DNA of 64,000 nt from Candidatus Latescibacterota bacterium (GTDB lineage Bacteria; Latescibacterota; UBA2968; GCA-2709665). How positions within the stretch are numbered: position 1 is the first letter of the stretch; each line of letters opens with the position of its first letter. A program made the translations under genes and the position numbers. Positions 58,302 to 64,000 of this stretch are shown in pieces. The stretch spans positions 672,001 through 736,000 of the forward strand of contig CBDCOX010000002.1 in the NCBI GenBank assembly GCA_965219995.1. The letters are read 5' to 3'. The notes below the pieces were generated by a model. It had not been told where the DNA came from. It saw nothing but the letters and a program-made list of their open reading frames with translations, and did not search any database.

Positions 58302-59375
58302 ATGGATACCATACGTGTGGCGCTGTTCGGACTGACGCATCCGCACTCGCTCGCGCACCTGAAGACGTTGCAATTGTGCGATATGGTGCGCGGTATCGTG
58401 CTGTATGACGACGACGCGGGGGTTGTCGCGGGAGTCCGGAACTCGACGGACGACAAGATCGACGGGGGGTACCACGATCTGGAGGAAATGCTGGAGAAGG
58501 AATCCTTCGACGTGGGAGTTGCGGACTTTCAGAATCACGTGAACGGGTCGCTTTGCCTCAGATTGATCGACCGGGGCGTCCACGTGATCAGCGAGAAGCC
58601 GATTTCCAATTCCTCCTCGGAACTGTCCCGGATTGTCCGCGCGGCGTCGCGGGCCGAGGTGAAGCTGGGCGTTATGTACCAGAACCGGTACCACCCGGTC
58701 GCCCGGGAGGCGCGCCGCCTGGTGCGGGAAGGCATCGTCGGCCGGGTTACGGGATGCGAAGCGAGGATGATCACCTCGCAGGTCCGATTCAGGAATCCCG
58801 GTCACTGGCTGTTCGACAGACGGAAAGCGGGCGGCGGGATTCTGTCGTGGCTGGGTTGCCACTATATCGATCTGTTGCGCTATGTAATGAACGACGAGGT
58901 TGTCGAGGTTGTTGCGCTGACAGATACCCTCAGCGGTGAGGACATCGACGTGGAAGACGTGGCGTCGCTGGGATTCCGGTTCGGGCGGGGCGCCATCGGC
59001 AGCCTGCACGCTGGATATCAGCTCGCGATGAGCGTCCCCGGCTATTCCGGCGCCACGTACGACACCTACGTGGGGTTTCGCGGCACCGAAGGCAGGGTGT
59101 ACTGGAATCCTGTCGACCGGCCGCCCGAGTTGCACGCGGAGAGCGCGAATCCGGCCTGGCAGGCCTCGCCTGCGCGCTCGTATCGTTACGCGTTGCCGGA
59201 ATTGGACTGTTACGGCGGCGCCTTTGGCATTGCGTTCATGGAACGGTTCTTCCGATCGGCGCAGGGCGACGGAGAGCCGCCGGCCACGGGAGACGACGCG
59301 CTCAGGGTGTCCCGGATCATCGAGGCGGCGTACGAATCCAGCGAAACCGGCCGCCGTGTCAGCCTCTCGCTTTAG
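58302..59375 (+). CDS. Gfo/Idh/MocA family oxidoreductase
   Basis: SEKP, YQNRYHP, GGGILSWLGCHYID. Confidence 0.9.
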   Translation: MDTIRVALFGLTHPHSLAHLKTLQLCDMVRGIVLYDDDAGVVAGVRNSTDDKIDGGYHDLEEMLEKESFDVGVADFQNHVNGSLCLRLIDRGVHVISEKPISNSSSELSRIVRAASRAEVKLGVMYQNRYHPVAREARRLVREGIVGRVTGCEARMITSQVRFRNPGHWLFDRRKAGGGILSWLGCHYIDLLRYVMNDEVVEVVALTDTLSGEDIDVEDVASLGFRFGRGAIGSLHAGYQLAMSVPGYSGATYDTYVGFRGTEGRVYWNPVDRPPELHAESANPAWQASPARSYRYALPELDCYGGAFGIAFMERFFRSAQGDGEPPATGDDALRVSRIIEAAYESSETGRRVSLSL

Positions 59376-59396
59376 GAATAGAAGCGAACATTTGTA

Positions 59397-60266
59397 ATGA
59401 CGGGAAATTCGGGTACCGGTTCCACACGTCGGATCATGGACGGTTACGTGAAATTGAGGACGCTGGCGGGTAGTGCGGTCCGGCCGCTGGGGCTTGCGGG
59501 TTCGCCGGATACGCAAGGCGAGTTCGCTCCAATCGCACGGCGGGCGGGGGTGAATTTCTTTTTCTTCTACGGTTTGAACTTTGGCGGTATGATCGACGGC
59601 GTCCGGCGTCTGGTCCGGGAGCGCCGCGAAGACGTTTTCGTCGCCACCGGCACCGAGTCCCGCGATCCGCATGAAATGCGGAACTGTCTCGATGCGGTGC
59701 GCCAGGCGCTGTCCGTGGACGTGGTCGACCTGTTTTTTGCGGAGTATGTATCGCCTGCGGATGAACTTGATGACGTGCTCGGAAACGGCGGCGCGATCGA
59801 CGAAATCCGGAAATGGAAGAACGAAGGAAAGGTGCGTTACGTCGGCGCAACGGCGCACAGCCGGCCGATTTCGCTGACCCTGATTGAGAGTGGCCGGGTG
59901 GAGGTGCTGATGCACCGGTACAATATGGCGCACCGGAAGTCGGAGGAGGCCGTGCTTCCCGCGGCCGTCGCGGCGGGCGTGCCGGTGGTCGCGTTTACCT
60001 GTACGCGCTGGGGATCGCTGCTCGAGGGCCATGTCGATTGGCGGGGGCAGACCCCCTCGGCGGCCGATTGCTACCGGTTCGTCCTGCAGCACCCGGCCGT
60101 CTGTCTGGCGCTGACCGCGCCGGCCACCGAAGACCACCTGATTGAGAATCTCAACGTGCTGACGGAAGCTGCCGAACCGGGTCCGGACGAAATGGCGGCC
60201 TGGAGGGCGTACGGTGATCTGATATACGGAGAAGGCGGTGATGCATTTGAAACGCGCTGGCCATAA
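59397..60266 (+). CDS. Aldo/keto reductase fold protein (atypical catalytic residues)
   Basis: EGKVRYVGATAH, MHRYNMAHR, YRFVLQHPAV, LIENL. Start may be 59436. Confidence 0.8.
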   Translation: MTGNSGTGSTRRIMDGYVKLRTLAGSAVRPLGLAGSPDTQGEFAPIARRAGVNFFFFYGLNFGGMIDGVRRLVRERREDVFVATGTESRDPHEMRNCLDAVRQALSVDVVDLFFAEYVSPADELDDVLGNGGAIDEIRKWKNEGKVRYVGATAHSRPISLTLIESGRVEVLMHRYNMAHRKSEEAVLPAAVAAGVPVVAFTCTRWGSLLEGHVDWRGQTPSAADCYRFVLQHPAVCLALTAPATEDHLIENLNVLTEAAEPGPDEMAAWRAYGDLIYGEGGDAFETRWP

Positions 60267-61047
60267 GCCGGGAGCATGCCTCGCGGCGCTTCACGCATTG
60301 CTGTTCCTGCTGTTGTCGCCCGGGGACACTTTGTGTACCGAGAATCCGGCGGCGGACGGGTTCAATTCAGCCGGTTCGGACGTTCGGGCGATTGAAATCG
60401 CCGACGCCGTCATGAAAGAGATGGGCGGGCGGGTGAACTGGGACCGGACCCGGTATCTCACGTGGAGGTTCTTCGGCCGGCGACTGCATGTGTGGGACCG
60501 CTGGACCGGCGACGTCCGCTTCGAGGAGGCCGACCGCGTCACGCTGATGAACGTCCATAGCCGGGAAGGGCGGGTATGGCAGGGAGGAGGGGAAATCGCG
60601 GAGCCGGATTCGCTGAAGAAATATCTGGACAGGGGTTACCGCGCGTGGATCAACGATTCCTACTGGCTGGTGATGCCGTACAAGCTGAAGGACTCGGGGG
60701 TGACGCTGAAGTACGCCGGCGAGGCAAAGATGGAAAATGGCCGTGAGGCGTTCGTATTAACGCTTACCTTCGAAGACGTCGGCGTAACCCCTCAGAACAA
60801 ATACGACGTCTACGTCGACAAGGAGCGGATGCTGGTCGAACAGTGGGCGTTCTACAGGAAGGCGTCCGACCCGGAGCCGCGCTTCGTCGGCCCGTGGACG
60901 GACTGGGTTCCGCACGGCGGAATACTGCTGTCCGCAAATCGCGGCCGTACGTCGCATACGGACGTGGCGGTCTTCGACGACCTGCCCCGCGCGATCTTTG
61001 AGAGCCCTGAACCCGTGGACATGATGGCATTTGAGAAAGCGAGGTGA
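60238..61047 (+). CDS. Exported hypothetical protein
   Basis: Hydrophobic signal-like leader; MGGRVNWD, WINDSYWLVMPYKLKDSGV, VGVTPQNKY. Confidence 0.75.
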   Translation: MMHLKRAGHKPGACLAALHALLFLLLSPGDTLCTENPAADGFNSAGSDVRAIEIADAVMKEMGGRVNWDRTRYLTWRFFGRRLHVWDRWTGDVRFEEADRVTLMNVHSREGRVWQGGGEIAEPDSLKKYLDRGYRAWINDSYWLVMPYKLKDSGVTLKYAGEAKMENGREAFVLTLTFEDVGVTPQNKYDVYVDKERMLVEQWAFYRKASDPEPRFVGPWTDWVPHGGILLSANRGRTSHTDVAVFDDLPRAIFESPEPVDMMAFEKAR

Positions 61048-61108
61048 AGATAGGCTGCACAGATGTCGTGACAGACTCACTGCTATGGCAAATCGGATAA
61101 TGAATCTT

Positions 61109-61136
61109 GGCCCTTCGCTCAGCGAGGGCCGTTTTC
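61109..61136 (+). terminator. Probable intrinsic terminator
   Basis: GGCCCTTCGC-TCA-GCGAGGGCC stem (one bulge) followed by GTTTTC. Confidence 0.45.
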
Positions 61137-61246
61137 GTTGCGGGTTCGCCGCGAGGCGAATTCCAGGCGCATTCTGCTACGAGTTGCGCAGACGTTTGTC
61201 GGTGAAAGACAGGACGGCGATTCATGGACAGCGAGGGTTCCCATTC

Positions 61247-61275
61247 TTGACTTGAATGGTCGATTTGCTTATGTT
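61247..61275 (+). promoter_or_regulatory. Sigma70-type promoter
   Basis: TTGACT-N17-TATGTT upstream of the dockerin-tailed gene. Confidence 0.45.
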
Positions 61276-61448
61276 GTGAAGACTTTTCGCAAATGAGATC
61301 ACGTCGAGTCTTTCAGGTTCCGATGATCTTGTCCGGCAAGCAATAGCTTCATCAGAATGGCCGTCGGGTCGACAATCCGCTTCACGGAACGGCATCGTCT
61401 GAAACTCGGTCCAAAAGTCATGGATAACCAACTTAAGGGAGGGTGACC

Positions 61449-62225
61449 ATGCGATTCCCGGTTCGATACATTCTGATAGGATTGCCGTTGCTGTGGCCGG
61501 CAATCGCAGATGCGCAGCTTATGGATAGAGGGTCGGAGAAGCCCAGACCCGGGGGTGGCGACCCTGCGGGCGCGTGGATGGCCGACTCAACCGCAATGCC
61601 CGTATGGGCGTCGTCCGCACTGCTGGCTCTAGTCGCTGATCCGTCCATCGATGGAACCGTATCGGGAACGCTGACACTGGATGCTGATTCCGACACATAC
61701 GAGGCGGACTACGTCACATCGGTAAATGTTAAGCTGACCATACCACTCTTGGGTCAGAGCATCGACAGTACTTTTGTCGACACATTCAAGGAAGCCGGCG
61801 CGTTCAATATTGAGGATGCCAATCTGATTCTGGCGCCGACAGTTGAGGACGGCGAAACGGCCGTTAGCGATACGCTTGGCTTTACGGCCAGGGACGACTC
61901 GCTATTTCTGATCCAGGTCGTACCCCTGCCCCCTCAATATGCGAGTATCATGGCGAGCTTTCAGCTGGAAGCCCCGCTGGCGATCCTGGGCTTCGCAAAA
62001 GTCGAGGACGATTCCGAACCCCCTCCGGTTGAACCGCCGGAACCCGGGACGTCGGCTGACTTCAACGGGGACGGGAGTGTGGATTTTTCGGACTTTATCG
62101 CGTTTGCACAGAATTTCGGGCGGAACGACGGGGACGATAACTACGATGCGAAGTTCGACCTGACCGGAGACGACAGAGTCGACTTTTCAGATTTTATCGC
62201 GTTCGCCCAGCAATTCGGCAAGTAG
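61449..62225 (+). CDS. Secreted beta-rich protein with a Pro-rich linker and C-terminal dockerin/EF-hand
   Basis: GGGAGG RBS; signal peptide ending ADA; EPPPVEPPEP; ADFNGDGSVDFSDFIAFAQNFG...FDLTGDDRVDFSDFIAFAQQFG. Confidence 0.85.
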   Translation: MRFPVRYILIGLPLLWPAIADAQLMDRGSEKPRPGGGDPAGAWMADSTAMPVWASSALLALVADPSIDGTVSGTLTLDADSDTYEADYVTSVNVKLTIPLLGQSIDSTFVDTFKEAGAFNIEDANLILAPTVEDGETAVSDTLGFTARDDSLFLIQVVPLPPQYASIMASFQLEAPLAILGFAKVEDDSEPPPVEPPEPGTSADFNGDGSVDFSDFIAFAQNFGRNDGDDNYDAKFDLTGDDRVDFSDFIAFAQQFGK

Positions 62226-62248
62226 CCGCAGAGGTGGGGCCGTCGCTT

Positions 62249-63019
62249 CTACGGGACGCCCGCGAGGAGGAGGCCGCCGTCCACGGGGAGTGAGACGCCG
62301 TTGATGCTGGCGGCCTGCGGACTGCAGAGAAAGACCACCGCACGTCCGATGTCTTCCGGCGTGCCGTACCGTCGCGTGGGGATGAAGCCGTGGAGGCGTT
62401 CGGGCGCGCTGCCGCGATCGGGGGCCGCCTGCCCGAAGGCGTGTTCGGTGTCCATATAGCCGGGCAGGATCGTGTTGCAGCGTATGCCGAGGGGCGCCAG
62501 TTCCCACGCCATGCTTCCGGTAAGCCGAAGGATGCCCGCCTTCGCGGTTCCGTAACAGGTATCGTTCTCCCACACGGCCTGGGCGTGCACCGACGAAATG
62601 CTCACGATGCTCCCGCCCTCGCCCCGTGCCGCCATATTCCGGGCCGCCGCCTGGCTGCAGAGGAAATACCCTTTCAGACACACGTCCAGCGTGCGGTCCC
62701 AGATCGCTTCGGTGATTTCCAGAAAAGGCCGGTTTTCGGAAGCATAGGGGTTGTTGACCAGGATGTCGATTTGGCCGAAGCGATCCAGAAAGTCCTCGAA
62801 CATCCGGTTCACCGCCTCCGCGTTTGAGATATCGGCATCGAAATAGGCCGCCTCGCGGCCCGCTTCCCGAATCAGGTCCAGAGTTGCATCGGCATTGGCG
62901 TCTCGCTCGATGTCGTTGATGCCCACGTCGCATCCGGCTTCCGCCAGGGACTGGGCGATGCCCCGGCCGATGCTGCGCCTGGCGCCGGTAACGAGTGCTT
63001 TCCTGCCTTCGAGCAACAT
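62249..63019 (-). CDS. Short-chain dehydrogenase/reductase
   Basis: ALVTGARRSIG, IDILVNN, SISSVH, YGTAK, PGYMDT, VDGG. Confidence 0.92.
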   Translation of the reverse strand: MLLEGRKALVTGARRSIGRGIAQSLAEAGCDVGINDIERDANADATLDLIREAGREAAYFDADISNAEAVNRMFEDFLDRFGQIDILVNNPYASENRPFLEITEAIWDRTLDVCLKGYFLCSQAAARNMAARGEGGSIVSISSVHAQAVWENDTCYGTAKAGILRLTGSMAWELAPLGIRCNTILPGYMDTEHAFGQAAPDRGSAPERLHGFIPTRRYGTPEDIGRAVVFLCSPQAASINGVSLPVDGGLLLAGVP

Positions 63020-63136
63020 AGAGGTACCTCGCTTGAAATGGAGCATGGAACGACTTTCGGATTCGAGGCATGAAATATGCACTCGATTTTCGTCTGTCAA
63101 ACAGAAAAAGGGGGAGGTTGGATTCCCGTCCTCTCC

Positions 63137-63195
63137 GGTGTTCCGACCCGGTGACAGGTTGGCCGATTGCTAGGATATTTCCGGGACAGGACACC
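63137..63195. repeat. Miniature copy of the 28919 element family (two facing ends)
   Basis: Left GTGTTCCGACCCGGTGACAGGT; right TATTTCCGGGACAGGACAC, whose reverse complement matches 28920-28938 at 18/19. Confidence 0.65.
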
Positions 63196-63228
63196 AGAGC
63201 CCGGGCGTTTTGTCGAAGGAGAGTACCG

Positions 63229-63930
63229 TTGAAGCCGACGTTGAGGGTTGCCGCTGTCCTGCTCTTTCTTACGGCTCCCGCCATTTCCCGGGTTCCGGGT
63301 CCGACCGTATCTGCGGTAGAAGACAGCCTGTACGTCGCCGCGGATTCAGCGATCGTCATCATGGCGCCGGAACTGCATGCTGCAGCGGCCGCAATGGAAG
63401 CGGGAGATTATGCAATGGCGGCAGCCGAACTCGAGGCGCTTACCGTGGCGGATACCGCCAACGCCGGTGCGCTGCGTATGCTCGCGAGCGCCTATCTGCG
63501 GCTGGAGGCCTATGCCTCGGCCGTTCCCGTCTGCGAACGGATTGCAGTACTGGATTCCACGGATGCGGGGGTCAGGGTGGCGCTGGGTTTCCTCCAGGGA
63601 AAGCTGGGAAACGCGGAACGCGCTCTGGATGCCTATCGGGAAGCGGTTGAGGTGGATGCCGAGACGGTTCAGGCGTATCAGGGCATGGGATGGATCCATC
63701 TGCAGCGTCGCGAACTTCAGGACGCCATGAATATGATCGCGAAGTCGACCGAACTGGCGCCGGAATACGCCCCGAATTACGTGCTCATGGGGCGGGTTCT
63801 TACCTCGCAGGGTTTTTTCGAAAATGCCCGGCAGGCCTTTGAGACCGCATTCAGGCTCGACCCCAGGCTGCGCGAGCAATATGGCATTCTGCTCCAGGAG
63901 CTTGTATTGAGACACCGGCTTGACCAGTGA
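63229..63930 (+). CDS. Exported tetratricopeptide repeat protein
   Basis: AGGAGA before TTG 63229; signal-like leader; repeated LG...A..AY..A...P helices. Confidence 0.82.
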   Translation: MKPTLRVAAVLLFLTAPAISRVPGPTVSAVEDSLYVAADSAIVIMAPELHAAAAAMEAGDYAMAAAELEALTVADTANAGALRMLASAYLRLEAYASAVPVCERIAVLDSTDAGVRVALGFLQGKLGNAERALDAYREAVEVDAETVQAYQGMGWIHLQRRELQDAMNMIAKSTELAPEYAPNYVLMGRVLTSQGFFENARQAFETAFRLDPRLREQYGILLQELVLRHRLDQ

Positions 63931-64000
63931 CGGGTCCGGTAGAGGCAACACCGGATCTCCTGCGGGCGGCAATCGCCTTACGGGCAATCCTGCTGCCGGA

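Noticed and set aside
54676-60137. Long antisense ORFs (e.g. 54676-57189, 58101-60137; also 41657-43663, 45134-47056, 48296-50128)
   Set aside because: These are shadow frames of well-supported plus-strand genes in GC-rich DNA, with no motifs of their own.

Overview
GC-rich bacterial window, almost entirely coding, with no rRNA, CRISPR array, integrase or transposase visible. Repeated DF[DN]GDGxVxFxDF dockerin/EF-hand tails, eukaryote-like repeat proteins, DUF6785/6784-like membrane proteins and many Gfo/Idh/MocA and amidohydrolase genes suggest a Latescibacterota/Poribacteria-like, probably host(sponge)-associated FCB bacterium (inference). Layout: (1) 0.3-8.6 kb, an accessory block downstream of tRNA-Arg(ACG) with REP-like repeats, gene remnants, a GIWSDG-repeat/FN3 protein and two paralogous secreted metzincin proteases carrying different repeat domains (LRR vs WD40) and near-identical dockerin tails; (2) 8.9-18.9 kb, glycan/organic catabolic genes; (3) 19.7-28.9 kb, GT2-tonB-exbB-exbD-RND MFP-RND permease-RDD; (4) 28.9-33.8 kb, a promoter-fronted 164-bp self-complementary element, a small beta-signal protein plus FN3 surface protein pair, and a sigma54 activator with a D-to-E receiver; (5) thrC, hpnCDE, cobO, vapBC; (6) 40.8-60.3 kb, a long co-oriented catabolic cluster (heparinase II/III-like, comA-like, M14-like, tandem membrane proteins, dehydrogenases, PAC2, ltaE, amidohydrolases, creatininase); (7) exported proteins, an SDR and a TPR protein. 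All product calls come from motif recognition by eye; no searches were run.
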